Notes under the pieces: generated by a model | What the model saw: the letters and a program-made list of their open reading frames with translations, nothing else | Databases searched by the model: none | Told to the model about the DNA's origin: nothing | Program-made: the position numbers and the translations under genes | Part shown: one piece after another, positions 37,499-47,128 of the stretch | Numbering within the stretch: position 1 is the stretch's first letter | How the letters are laid out: each line of letters opens with the position of its first letter | Assembly (NCBI GenBank): GCA_963785035.1 | Contig: CAWATG010000001.1 | Span: 22,744-86,743, forward strand | Reading direction: 5' to 3' | Length of the DNA: 64,000 bases | Origin: an uncultured Acidimicrobiia bacterium | Lineage (GTDB): Bacteria; Actinomycetota; Acidimicrobiia; IMCC26256; CAWATG01

Positions 37499-39703
37499 AT
37501 GAAACGTTATTCGCGGAGCCTGCGCTCCCGTGCGTTGGCAATGACAGCGGGAGCAGCAACGGCTGCCGCAAGTTTCGGAGTTCTTGGTACGACGCCTGCG
37601 GGCGCGACCACGTCCCCGTTTGACCTGGCCGCGGATCAGATCACGCGAGTGAGCACTGCAAGCGGCGGGATCGAGACGAAGAACACCCCGTGTCTGTCGT
37701 TGTTCATCATCTCGTTCTGTCAGAACTACGTCTCTCGCAACCCTCAGGTCTCACCGGATGGACGTTTCGTAGCGTTCGACTCTGATGCGACCGACCTCGT
37801 ACCGGGAGTCCCAGCTCTCAAGGACCTCGCGTACACCGGTGCCACGCGCCGCGTGTACTTGAAGGACCGTCACACGGGTGCGACCAAACTCGTCAGCATT
37901 CGCGACAACGGCAACCTCATCGGCGGTTCGGCTACCAGCGGTAGCGACAGCTTTGGTGGTTTCCCCAACGCTGACGGTACGAAGGTGACCTTCATCGGTA
38001 CCTCGCCCGACATCAGCTCCTTCCCCGGTGGCAACGGTATGCCGGCGGTGTACCAGCGCGATCTCCTCACCAACCGCACCATCGCGGTCAGTGACCCGAT
38101 CGGCGCAGTCAACGGCGGGTTGTTCCCTGTTGGTGGAGCCAAGATCCTCGGTGTCAGCGCCGATGGGAACCGCGTCGTCTACAACGCATCGACCAAGCAG
38201 GTCGGCGCGACGGGAACGCAGAAGATCGGTGGCGTCCTCGATTCCGTCGTCAACACGTACGTGTGGACCCGCACTCCCGGTGCATTCGGTTACCCCTCAG
38301 GCTCCACGGTGTCACTCGGTGCGATTGGTGGTGAGTCGGTGAGCTCCAACGGCCGGTTCCTGCTGACTCGCCTCGGTACCACCTATGGTCGGGTCGACCT
38401 GAACGCCGGCGTTGCAGTGACGCCAGTTTTGGCACTGCCTGCGCCTGACCCGGTTGGTGGAACGATCAGCGACGACGGCAATCGGATTGCCTTTGCTTCC
38501 AAGGCCCCGACGCTGGTACCCGGTGACACGAACCAAGAGCAGGACGTGTTCGTCTACACCGCTTCGACGGGCGCGACGATGCGTGCGAGCGTCACCGCCG
38601 ACGGTGTGAACCTGTTGGCGCCGAGCGACATGGCGTTCATCTCAGGTGACGGGGTATGGGTGACGTTCGCTTCGATGGCGTCACTGACCCCCGGCAACGC
38701 AGGCAACAACCTGTACCAGCGCAACGTAGACACTGGTGAGTTGCGGCTTGTCAGCATCGGCCTTCTCGGAACTGGTGGTGGTGCAGGGAACCCGGTTGGG
38801 AACGACAAGGCTGTTGCTCCTCCGTCGGTCAATGCGGACGGTTCGATCGTTGCCTTTGCCTCGATCGGCGACTTCGTCGCTGACAAGACCAACAAGAGCC
38901 TCGAGACCTACGTCTACAACCGTGATGGTGTCCCCTCGGCCCTCGGCGGCGGTTCGATCTTGGCCGCAGCTGCCGACGGTGGCGTGTTCGCCATGGGTGG
39001 TGCTCAGTTCTACGGCTCGATGGGTGGCACGCCGCTCAACCAGCCTGTCACGGGTATCGCACGCACGCCGACGAACAAGGGCTACTGGCTGACCGCTGCT
39101 GATGGCGGCATGTTCTCCTTCGGTGATGCCAAGTTCTTTGGCTCGATGGGTGGCACGCCGATCAACATGCCGGTTGTCGGTATGGCGCCCACGACCACAG
39201 GCAACGGCTACTGGGAAGTTGCTTCCGACGGCGGCATCTTCTCCTTCGGTGATGCCAAGTTCTATGGCTCGATGGGTGGCACACCGCTCAACAAGCCGGT
39301 CGTGGCAATGGCCGCAACGCCTTCAGGTAAGGGTTACTGGCAGGTGGCTTCCGATGGTGGCGTCTTCAACTATGGCGACGCTGACTTCTATGGCTCAACC
39401 GGTGACCTGAACCTGTTGAAGCCGATCATCGGAATCACGCCTACCAAGGACGGTAAGGGCTACTACCTCATCGCTGAAGATGGTGGCATCTTCGCTTTCG
39501 GAAACGCCGAGTTCCTCGGCTCCTCAGGTGGGGACCCGACCACGGTTGCGGCAGGAATGACACTGCTGACCAGCGGCGACGGCTACCGGATCATCAACGC
39601 CGATGGCTCGGTTGTGATCTTCAACCGGAAGCGCCCCAACGTCGGTGGCAAGTCCACTGCGCAGAAGCTGAACGCACCGATCGTGGGTGTCGCAGCGTCC
39701 TAG
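37499..39703 (+). CDS. secreted TolB-like (PD40 repeat) propeller protein with C-terminal 6 x GYW/DGGIFxFGDA repeats
   Basis: Signal peptide MKRYSRSLRSRALAMTAGAATAAA after a GGAGGG SD. PD40-like units include SPDGRFVAFDSDATDLVPG, SDDGNRIAFASKAPTLVPGDTN and NADGSIVAFAS. Six divergent copies of the same roughly 42-aa repeat seen in 3297-4041 follow. Confidence 0.7.
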   Translation: MKRYSRSLRSRALAMTAGAATAAASFGVLGTTPAGATTSPFDLAADQITRVSTASGGIETKNTPCLSLFIISFCQNYVSRNPQVSPDGRFVAFDSDATDLVPGVPALKDLAYTGATRRVYLKDRHTGATKLVSIRDNGNLIGGSATSGSDSFGGFPNADGTKVTFIGTSPDISSFPGGNGMPAVYQRDLLTNRTIAVSDPIGAVNGGLFPVGGAKILGVSADGNRVVYNASTKQVGATGTQKIGGVLDSVVNTYVWTRTPGAFGYPSGSTVSLGAIGGESVSSNGRFLLTRLGTTYGRVDLNAGVAVTPVLALPAPDPVGGTISDDGNRIAFASKAPTLVPGDTNQEQDVFVYTASTGATMRASVTADGVNLLAPSDMAFISGDGVWVTFASMASLTPGNAGNNLYQRNVDTGELRLVSIGLLGTGGGAGNPVGNDKAVAPPSVNADGSIVAFASIGDFVADKTNKSLETYVYNRDGVPSALGGGSILAAAADGGVFAMGGAQFYGSMGGTPLNQPVTGIARTPTNKGYWLTAADGGMFSFGDAKFFGSMGGTPINMPVVGMAPTTTGNGYWEVASDGGIFSFGDAKFYGSMGGTPLNKPVVAMAATPSGKGYWQVASDGGVFNYGDADFYGSTGDLNLLKPIIGITPTKDGKGYYLIAEDGGIFAFGNAEFLGSSGGDPTTVAAGMTLLTSGDGYRIINADGSVVIFNRKRPNVGGKSTAQKLNAPIVGVAAS

Positions 39704-39722
39704 CGCTTCATGGAGTACTGAA

Positions 39723-39763
39723 ACACAGTTGTGCCCCGGCCTTGGCCGGGGCACAACTGTGTT
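39723..39763 (+). terminator. long perfect inverted repeat (intrinsic terminator-like)
   Basis: acacagttgtgccccggcc tt ggccggggcacaactgtgt lies 20 nt after the stop at 39703. It is followed by tcggg, so there is no clear U-tract. Confidence 0.6.
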
Positions 39764-39818
39764 CGGGACCACCTGGGACTCGTGGAGCACGACCTTCGGG
39801 CCCGTACTCTTGAGCCTT

Positions 39819-41510
39819 ATGCATCGCCTCAGAGTCGCTGCCGCACAACTGAACCTTGTGGTTGGCGACCTTCCAGGAAACGCGTCCCGAATCGCCGAGA
39901 CGTACCGCGTGGCAACGGAGCGTGGGTGTGACGTCGTTGCGTTCCCCGAGCTGTCCGTCACCGGATATCCACCGGAGGATCTGCTCCATAGACCGGCGTT
40001 TGTCGCCGAGGCGATGGCGACGCTCTCACAGCTCGCCGCAATGACGGGTGAGGTCGCGGCCGTTATCGGATTCCCACACGACTCCGGCGTCCTGACCAAT
40101 GCTGCAGCAATGTGTGCACACGGAGCGGTGCAGGGGATCTATTTCAAGCACCGTCTGCCCAACTACTCCGTCTTCGACGAAGAGCGCTACTTCACGGCGG
40201 TCGACCGCGATGGCCCGTTGTTCACCGTTGCCGGTGTCCCGGTCGCACTTTCGATCTGCGAGGACGCATGGAGCGCGGACGGGCCGATTGCCAGCCAGGC
40301 CGCGGCAGGTGCGGCGCTCATCGTCAACATCAACGCATCGCCGTTCTACGCGGGCCGTCTCGCCGAGCGTGAGGCGGTGCTCGGCTCGCGTGCGCGTGAG
40401 GCTCGCGTTCCGGTGGTGTACGTCAACCTCGTTGGCGGCCAGGACGGCCTTGTCTTCGATGGCGCTTCCTTTGTGCTCGATGCTGACGGCGCCGTCGTTG
40501 CGCGTGCCGCACAAATGTGCGAAGAACTTCTGGTCGTCGACCTCGAAGTGCCGTCTCCGGCCGTCGAGCCGCAACGGTCAGGGGCGACGTTGCCCACCGT
40601 GACCATCTCGAGCGTGACGCGTTCGACCGATGCCGTCACTGCCCACGTCGCGCCGATACTCGATCCCGATCGTGAAATCTACGAAGCTCTCGTGCTCGGA
40701 ACGCGTGACTACGTTCGGAAGAACGGTTTCACCGACGTCCTCATCGGCTTATCGGGAGGAGTTGACTCCTCGATCGTCGCAGCGATCGCCGTTGATGCGC
40801 TTGGTGCCGAACATGTCACCGGTGTGCTCATGCCGTCTCGTTTTTCCAGCCCGGGCAGCATCACCGACGCGGAGCGTCTCGCCGACTCGCTTGGTATCAC
40901 TGCGCTCAGAATTCCGATCGAACCGGCGCATGCCGCGCTGCTCTCGATGCTCGAGGTTCCGTTTACGGGTACGCGGGATGATCACACCGAGGAGAATATT
41001 CAGGCGCGTGTGCGGGGAACGATTCTGATGGCGCTTTCCAACAAGTTTGGATCGATGGTGCTCACGACTGCGAACAAGAGCGAGACCGCCACCGGTTACT
41101 CGACGCTTTATGGCGACATGGCCGGCGGCTTCGCCGTCATCATGGACGTACCGAAAACCCGCGTGTACGACCTTTGTCATGACCTCAATGCGCGAGCTGG
41201 CCGTGAGCTGATCCCCGAGAGTGTGCTTCTCAAGCCGCCAAGTGCCGAGCTCCGTCCCGATCAGAGGGACGAGGATTCACTACCGCCGTATCCGCTCCTC
41301 GACGCGATCATTGCGGGTTATGTCGATGATGACTGCTCGACGACAGAGCTGATTGCCGCGGGGTATCCACCCGAGATTGTCGATCGTGTGGCTTCGCTCG
41401 TGGACCACAACGAGTACAAACGCCGCCAGGCGGCGCCCGGCGTCAGGATCTCTGCAAAGGCCTTCGGCAAGGACCGGAGGTTTCCGATTACGAATCGATG
41501 GCGTGGTTGA
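39819..41510 (+). CDS. nadE: glutamine-dependent NAD+ synthetase
   Basis: An N-terminal CN-hydrolase domain (RVAAAQLNLVVGDL, FPELSVTGYPPEDL, ICEDAW) and a C-terminal synthetase domain (GLSGGVDSS, NKSETATGYSTLYGDMAGG). The ORF is open from 39687. Confidence 0.9.
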   Translation: MHRLRVAAAQLNLVVGDLPGNASRIAETYRVATERGCDVVAFPELSVTGYPPEDLLHRPAFVAEAMATLSQLAAMTGEVAAVIGFPHDSGVLTNAAAMCAHGAVQGIYFKHRLPNYSVFDEERYFTAVDRDGPLFTVAGVPVALSICEDAWSADGPIASQAAAGAALIVNINASPFYAGRLAEREAVLGSRAREARVPVVYVNLVGGQDGLVFDGASFVLDADGAVVARAAQMCEELLVVDLEVPSPAVEPQRSGATLPTVTISSVTRSTDAVTAHVAPILDPDREIYEALVLGTRDYVRKNGFTDVLIGLSGGVDSSIVAAIAVDALGAEHVTGVLMPSRFSSPGSITDAERLADSLGITALRIPIEPAHAALLSMLEVPFTGTRDDHTEENIQARVRGTILMALSNKFGSMVLTTANKSETATGYSTLYGDMAGGFAVIMDVPKTRVYDLCHDLNARAGRELIPESVLLKPPSAELRPDQRDEDSLPPYPLLDAIIAGYVDDDCSTTELIAAGYPPEIVDRVASLVDHNEYKRRQAAPGVRISAKAFGKDRRFPITNRWRG

Positions 41511-41549
41511 CCCACCGCCGCGCACCTCTCTCGTATTGCTGACGGGCGC

Positions 41550-42167
41550 ATGGGTAACGATCCCGGGGCGAGGGGACTGGTCGGGGAGAATGGTGCCATG
41601 ACCGGCGGACTCGGAATCCATGCGACGGCTCGCTACGCGGCACATTTCCAGTGGATCGAGGAACAGATCTTCGAGATCCTCGGCGGTTGGTCCGTGTCGC
41701 TGACCGAACCCGAAGCGAAGCTCTTGGTTGCACGCCACGCGGCCCATCATGGGTGGCACGCGCAGCTGTGGGCCGAGCGGCGCCCCAACCTTCGTGAGGC
41801 ATCGATCGGCGATCCTGAGAGTGCAGATTGGCTGGATCTGATCGGAGGGGTCCAGGCGGGCTCTGGCGAATACTCGAGCATCCTGAAACTGGCAGGGATG
41901 TATCGGGTGCTGCTCCCCAGGTTGACGGCTCAGTATTCGAACGTCTTGGCCTCGACCGCCGAAGTGGCAGATAAGCCGGTCATACGAACAATTCAGCTTG
42001 TAATGGCTGACGAGCGTGAAGATGCCCAAGAGGGCAAGATCCTGCTTCAGTCGCTCCTTGGGACAGCCGATGCCGTGAGTCATACAGAACGCTGGGTTGC
42101 CCAGCTCGAGGCCATTCCCTGGAGCGGTCCTGAGACTGGGGACCGCCGTACGAGCACCGAACGGTAG
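41550..42167 (+). CDS. hypothetical protein
   Basis: A 205-aa ORF with coding-like composition. It is helical and His/Trp-rich (HAAHHGWHAQLW). I recognise no family. The start is uncertain (an ATG at 41598 is also possible). Confidence 0.4.
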   Translation: MGNDPGARGLVGENGAMTGGLGIHATARYAAHFQWIEEQIFEILGGWSVSLTEPEAKLLVARHAAHHGWHAQLWAERRPNLREASIGDPESADWLDLIGGVQAGSGEYSSILKLAGMYRVLLPRLTAQYSNVLASTAEVADKPVIRTIQLVMADEREDAQEGKILLQSLLGTADAVSHTERWVAQLEAIPWSGPETGDRRTSTER

Positions 42168-42201
42168 GCGCTGGAGGACCACGGGCAGAAGAGGACTCCG
42201 G

Positions 42202-43140
42202 GTGGTTACGAAACGCAACGATCGCGAAGACGAGGACTTGGTCCGGCTCTACTTGGTGGACATCGGCCAGTACCCGCTGTTGACCCGGGATGATGAGATC
42301 GCGCTCGCTCAACGGATGGAAGCCGGCGCCGAGGCCCGTGACGAGTTGCTCCAGGATGGCAAAACGCTCGGTGCGGCCGACCGGCGGGAGCTTCGTCGGT
42401 TGGTGCGAGTTGGAGACGAGGCACAACGGACCTTCGTGCAGTCGAATCTCCGCCTCGTCGTCTCGATAGCGAAGCGCTATCAAGGATCGGGAATGCCCCT
42501 GCTCGACCTCGTACAAGAAGGGAACTTGGGTCTCATTCACGCTGTCGAGAAGTTCGACTGGCACAAGGGATTCAAGTTCTCAACCTACGCGACGTGGTGG
42601 ATCCGCCAGGCGATCACGCGTGGGATCGCAAACACCGGCAGGACCATTCGACTTCCGGTTCATGCCGGCGACACCCTCGTGCGATTGCAGAAGGCGCGAT
42701 CTTCCTTCGACCTGCTTCATGGTCGTCCGCCAACCATCGCGGAGCTGGCAATTGAACTGGCGTTATCCGAGGACAAGGTTATCGAGGCATTCCGCTTCGG
42801 CGCGGAGCCCCTGTCGCTCTCGGAGCCATTGCGGGAGGACGGCGACGCCGAGCTTGGCGACACCATTCCGGACGGCTTTTCGCCTTCGCCCTTCGAAGCA
42901 ACAGCCAGCGCTCTCTTGGCGGGCGAAATCGAGAAGATGCTTGCGCCCCTCGACGACCGCGAGCGCGAGATCTTGGCGCTGAGGTTCGGGCTCGATCTGG
43001 GCGAGCCGAGGTCCCTCGAGGAGGTCGGGGAGTTCTTCAACCTGACGCGCGAACGCATCCGCGAGATCGAGACCCGCGCATTGAGCAAATTACGCCATCC
43101 GTCGGCCGAAACGGATGCGCGAGATCTCCTGACCGTGTAG
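42202..43140 (+). CDS. RpoD-family (group 2, SigB-like) RNA polymerase sigma factor
   Basis: DLVRLYLVDIGQYPLLTRDDE, region 2 LVQEGNLGLIHAVEKFDWHKGFKFSTYATWWIRQAI, and region 4 LSLEEVGEFFNLTRERIREIE. A GTG start is inferred at 42202 (ORF open from 42097). Confidence 0.85.
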   Translation: MVTKRNDREDEDLVRLYLVDIGQYPLLTRDDEIALAQRMEAGAEARDELLQDGKTLGAADRRELRRLVRVGDEAQRTFVQSNLRLVVSIAKRYQGSGMPLLDLVQEGNLGLIHAVEKFDWHKGFKFSTYATWWIRQAITRGIANTGRTIRLPVHAGDTLVRLQKARSSFDLLHGRPPTIAELAIELALSEDKVIEAFRFGAEPLSLSEPLREDGDAELGDTIPDGFSPSPFEATASALLAGEIEKMLAPLDDREREILALRFGLDLGEPRSLEEVGEFFNLTRERIREIETRALSKLRHPSAETDARDLLTV

Positions 43141-43231
43141 CTCCACGAAGTGTTCACAATCGGTCGTCGATCTGTGCTGGGTAGGTGGATATTGTCTATG
43201 GGGCCAGGGCCCCGGAAATGGGAGTAGGGAA

Positions 43232-43306
43232 ATGAAGAAGTTGTTGTTGCTACTCGTCGTTGTTGCGCTCAGTGCGGTGGTGGCCAAGAAGGTCCGCTCC
43301 GCCTGA
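43232..43306 (+). CDS. candidate 24-aa hydrophobic peptide (below the ORF-track cutoff)
   Basis: MKKLLLLLVVVALSAVVAKKVRSA is preceded by GGGAGTAGGGAA (SD-like) and followed by a strong hairpin. It uses TTG, CTA and GTT codons, which are rare in this window. Confidence 0.35.
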   Translation: MKKLLLLLVVVALSAVVAKKVRSA

Positions 43307-43332
43307 TCGAAAGCGTTTCGAATCGTTTCTGT

Positions 43333-43363
43333 CTTCGGCCGGGGCTTTGAGTCCCGGCCGAAG
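43333..43363. terminator. bidirectional stem-loop between convergent genes
   Basis: cttcggccggg (43333-43343) pairs with cccggccgaag (43353-43363), with a 9-nt loop. Confidence 0.5.
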
Positions 43364-43411
43364 CCGTATCGGGTGGAGCACGATGGGCTCGCGGGGTAGA
43401 CGCCTTCGGGC

Positions 43412-44194
43412 TCAGCGTGCGCGCCGACGCCTTGCGCGGGCTGCAAGACCGAGCCCGGCGATGGCTGCGAAGCTTCCAACCGTCGCGATGACGCGTGGGA
43501 GTCGAGAGGGCGTCCGGTTACCGAGCCCAACCGTATTGCGGAATTCGAGTACCTCCCAGCCGCGTTCTTTGGAGAGTCGTGCGAGTTCGCGGTCCGGGTT
43601 GACCGCAATTGGATGACCAACGGTCTCCAACATCGGAACGTCGGAGATCGAGTCGCTGTAGGCATACGACTGGTCGAGGTCGATGTCGTGGCGCGATGCG
43701 AGTTCCCGAATAGCGTCGGCCTTGTGCTTTCCGCCTGCGTACAACGCGACCTGCCCGGTGTAGTTGCCGTTTGCATCGAGATTGACGCGTGTCGCGATGT
43801 GCTCGTCTGCGCCGAGGTGCTCGGCAAGGGGCTCGACCACTTCAACCGGTGCTGATGAAACGATGACGATCTTCCGACCCGCAAGGCGGTGTTGCTCGAT
43901 CAGATCGAGTGCTTCGGCATAGATAATCGGGAGCACAACCTCGTCGAGCGTCTCACGGACGATGGCGGCGACGTGGCGTTGATTCCAACCGCGTGTGAGC
44001 GTGAGCATCGCATCACGCATCTTCTCCATCTTCGCGTCATCAGCACCGATGAGTAAGAAGATCACCTGCGCATACATCACCTTGACAATCGTCGTGCGAG
44101 AAAGCAGACCCTCCCGGTAGAACGATCGCCCGAATGCAAGCACAGAGCTCTTCGCGATGATGGTCTTGTCGAGGTCGAAGAATGCGGCCTCCAT
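43412..44194 (-). CDS. HAD-IB family hydrolase (SerB-like) with C-terminal membrane anchor
   Basis: FFDLDKTII (motif I), VSSAP (motif II), K...AYSDSISDVPML (motifs III/IV), and a hydrophobic C-terminal tail. The ORF is open to 44239. Confidence 0.8.
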   Translation of the reverse strand: MEAAFFDLDKTIIAKSSVLAFGRSFYREGLLSRTTIVKVMYAQVIFLLIGADDAKMEKMRDAMLTLTRGWNQRHVAAIVRETLDEVVLPIIYAEALDLIEQHRLAGRKIVIVSSAPVEVVEPLAEHLGADEHIATRVNLDANGNYTGQVALYAGGKHKADAIRELASRHDIDLDQSYAYSDSISDVPMLETVGHPIAVNPDRELARLSKERGWEVLEFRNTVGLGNRTPSRLPRVIATVGSFAAIAGLGLAARARRRRAR

Positions 44195-44304
44195 CGCGCC
44201 CACGTTAGGGCTTTTCTTGCGATGCCATGCGCCTGTCACGTAGATTGCTGGCGACTTCCCGTCACTTCCTCCTCGCAGTTTCGACCTGCTCGAAGGAGGA
44301 AGTC

Positions 44305-45015
44305 ATGCTCATTGCGCTGTGGTCGCCGAAGGGTGGTTCCGGGACCTCGGTTCTCGCTGCGGCATGCGCTGTGGTACTTGCGCGTGCAACCGGCGCAGCT
44401 CGCCTCGCGGACCTTGCCGGTGATCAGCCGGCGGTTCTTGGCATCGGTGCGGATCCTGCGACCGGGCTGAGGGACTGGCTGGCGATGGGCCCGGGGGCGC
44501 CGATCGAAGCCCTCGACCGCCTCGCAATCGAGGTCGGATCAGGTCTGGAACTCATACCAGCAGGCCGTGGACCTTCCATGTTGTCTCCGTTGGCGTCGGC
44601 AGAGGCTGGTGCGGCGCTCGCTGTCGGATTGCGCGGAGCGAGCGTTCCGGTTGTGGTCGATGCTGGACGTGCAGAGGTCCCAGCACATCGAGCAGTCGTC
44701 GAGATCGCTGATGTGTCGGTGGTTGTGATTCGAGGTTGCTACCTCGCACTGCGCAGGTTGGTGCGAAGCCCCATGATCGAGACCGCCAATGGAATTGCTC
44801 TTGTGCGTGAACAGGGACGAGCGCTCGGCGCGCGCGAAGTCGCAGCAGTGACAGATCGTGCCGTGTTGGCACGTGTGGATGTTCGAGAGGACGTTGCCCG
44901 TGCTGTTGATGCAGGTGTCCTGCCGCATCGCATGCCCGATGCCCTGACGCGAGCAGCCATGGAGCTTCTCGAGGGAGTTGGATGCGCCGCTCATCGAAAA
45001 GGACGGGTTGCGTGA
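44305..45015 (+). CDS. CpaE/TadZ-like (Ssd-like) ParA/MinD-family ATPase of the helicase/secretion neighbourhood
   Basis: A strong AAGGAGGA SD. The deviant Walker A is LWSPKGGSGTSVLAAA. It lies directly upstream of tadA. Confidence 0.7.
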   Translation: MLIALWSPKGGSGTSVLAAACAVVLARATGAARLADLAGDQPAVLGIGADPATGLRDWLAMGPGAPIEALDRLAIEVGSGLELIPAGRGPSMLSPLASAEAGAALAVGLRGASVPVVVDAGRAEVPAHRAVVEIADVSVVVIRGCYLALRRLVRSPMIETANGIALVREQGRALGAREVAAVTDRAVLARVDVREDVARAVDAGVLPHRMPDALTRAAMELLEGVGCAAHRKGRVA

Positions 45016-45020
45016 GTCGC

Positions 45021-46238
45021 ATGTGGTTGTCGCAACCTCGCTCAGGTGTCGAGGAGACGCCGGACGTCAGTCTCGTTCGCCGGGTGCATCAGCGACTCCT
45101 GAACAGGCCAGTTCCGGATCTAGGAGGTCCCGAACTTCGTGACCACTTGGCAGGGTTGCTCCAAGACGAGGCGCCACTGCTCGACGCTGCGAGCCTCGAA
45201 CGTGTGCTCGCTGACCTCACGAATGCCGTGGTCGGGCTCGGGCCGATCGAGCCCCTGCTCGGAGATGAATCGGTCACCGAGATCATGCTCAACGGAGGGA
45301 ACGCGGTATTTGTCGAGCGTGGAGGTGCTGTCGAGCGAGTCGACATGGACCTTGACGCGGCTGCGATCATCCGCATCGTCGAGCGGATCGTCGCACCCCT
45401 TGGTCTGAGACTCGACCGTTCGTCGCCGATGGTCGATGCTCGTTTGCCCGATGGGTCACGGCTGCACGCGGTGATTCCACCGCTGGCGATTGATGGTCCT
45501 TGCGTCACGATCCGACGCTTCGGGGTTCGGCGAATCAGTCTCGATGGATTCGGTCTCGACCGCGACGTGATGGCATTTCTCGAATGCGCCGTCCGAAGCG
45601 GAAGCAACATTGTCGTCTCGGGCGGTACCGGTGCGGGCAAGACGACGCTTCTGAACGCGTTGTCCGCGTTCATCCCGAACAACTCGCGGGTGGTGACGAT
45701 TGAAGAGACCGCTGAGCTACGGCTTTGTAAGTCCCACGTTGTGCGGCTCGAAGCGCGTCCTGCGAACGCCGAGGGTAAAGGCGCGGTGTCCGTTCGCGAT
45801 CTTGTTCGTACAGCCCTGCGGATGCGCCCGGACCGGTTGGTGGTCGGTGAGGTGCGCGGCCCAGAAGCGCTCGACATGTTGCAGGCGCTCAACACCGGCC
45901 ACGACGGATCGCTCTCGACTGTGCACGCGAACAGCGTGCATGATGCGCTGAGCCGCATTGCGACACTCGTGCTGTTGGCCGGAGTGGGACTTCCGCTCGC
46001 TGCGGTGCATGCACAACTCATCGCAGCGGTCGACCTCGTTGTTCATGTCGGTCGCTTTGAGCACGGTCGTCAGGTGACTGCCATTGGCGAACCGCGACGT
46101 AGTGCTACTGGAGAGGCCGTCGTCGAAAGGCTTTTCGAACGTCGGGGCCGAGCGATGGTGCAGGTGGGGCGCCCGGTTCGACCGGCGCGTGGGGTCTCAT
46201 CAGAACCGGGTTGCCTCGACCCCGTGTTGCTCACGTGA
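45021..46238 (+). CDS. TadA/CpaF-type secretion ATPase
   Basis: SVTEIMLNG, Walker A VSGGTGAGKTTLLNAL, the Asp box VVTIEETAEL, Walker B DRLVVGEVRG and the His box GHDGSLSTVHAN. Confidence 0.9.
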   Translation: MWLSQPRSGVEETPDVSLVRRVHQRLLNRPVPDLGGPELRDHLAGLLQDEAPLLDAASLERVLADLTNAVVGLGPIEPLLGDESVTEIMLNGGNAVFVERGGAVERVDMDLDAAAIIRIVERIVAPLGLRLDRSSPMVDARLPDGSRLHAVIPPLAIDGPCVTIRRFGVRRISLDGFGLDRDVMAFLECAVRSGSNIVVSGGTGAGKTTLLNALSAFIPNNSRVVTIEETAELRLCKSHVVRLEARPANAEGKGAVSVRDLVRTALRMRPDRLVVGEVRGPEALDMLQALNTGHDGSLSTVHANSVHDALSRIATLVLLAGVGLPLAAVHAQLIAAVDLVVHVGRFEHGRQVTAIGEPRRSATGEAVVERLFERRGRAMVQVGRPVRPARGVSSEPGCLDPVLLT

Positions 46239-47128
46239 TGTACGACGAATTCCTGGCGATGTCAGCGGTGCCTGCATGCGGAACAATGCTGACGTTCAGC
46301 ATTGTGTCGGCGGCGAATCGCTCAGAACGGATTGCACGCGCTCGGGGAATGGCTCCCCAAAGGCAATGGGCCCTTCCAGCACACGTGCGAGAAGTGTTAC
46401 AGCGGTCGCTCACACGGGCTGACATCGCGCGGGAACCGGAGACCGTCTGCGAGGCTGGGTTCTGTGGCGTCGTGGTTGTGGCTGCGTCGACTTTGTGGTT
46501 TGCGCCCGTGCTGCGCGTGCTGTGCATCCTGGGGGTGGTTGCAGCAGGTCCGATTGCTCTTTGGGCATTGCGGCATCGCAGTCGGCGGCGCATGCTTGCC
46601 GCTGTTCCTGACGCGCTCGAGCGGGTAGCGGCAGAACTCCGCGGCGGCGGAACGATTCAGGGCGCCATCGAAGGCGTTGCAAACGAGCCGGGGCCGCTCG
46701 CCCCGATCATGGGAGCCGTCGGGACGCAGATGCGACGGGGCGCATCGCTATCAGAGGCTCTGCACCAATGGGGCGACAACGAACAGTCCTCGGAACTTCG
46801 CGCCTTCGCCGGCGCCCTCGCAGTTGCGGCGACAGCAGGTGGGCACAGCGCCGCTGCGCTCGACGGGCTGGCAGCGTCGGTTCGCGAGCGGCACTGCGCT
46901 ATGGCCGAGGCGCATGCCCTTTCCACACAGGCACGTCTGTCCGCATGGGTCGTTGGCGGCGCGCCTGTCGGTTCCCTGGCGTTCTCCGCGCTTGTCGATC
47001 CCGGATCACTCGATGCGCTGCTGACGAGTACTGCGGGGAACGCATGCCTGTTCATCGGCGTAAGTCTGGATGCTCTGGCTTTCCTCTGGATTCGACGAAT
47101 TGTTCGACCTGGCGAGATCCGAATATGA
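46238..47128 (+). CDS. TadB-like type II secretion system F-domain membrane protein
   Basis: The T2SSF core is LPDALERVAAELRGGGTIQGAIE ... GASLSEALHQW ... ALDGLAASVRE, flanked by TM segments. The ATG overlaps the tadA stop (ORF open from 46211). Confidence 0.7.
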   Translation: MYDEFLAMSAVPACGTMLTFSIVSAANRSERIARARGMAPQRQWALPAHVREVLQRSLTRADIAREPETVCEAGFCGVVVVAASTLWFAPVLRVLCILGVVAAGPIALWALRHRSRRRMLAAVPDALERVAAELRGGGTIQGAIEGVANEPGPLAPIMGAVGTQMRRGASLSEALHQWGDNEQSSELRAFAGALAVAATAGGHSAAALDGLAASVRERHCAMAEAHALSTQARLSAWVVGGAPVGSLAFSALVDPGSLDALLTSTAGNACLFIGVSLDALAFLWIRRIVRPGEIRI

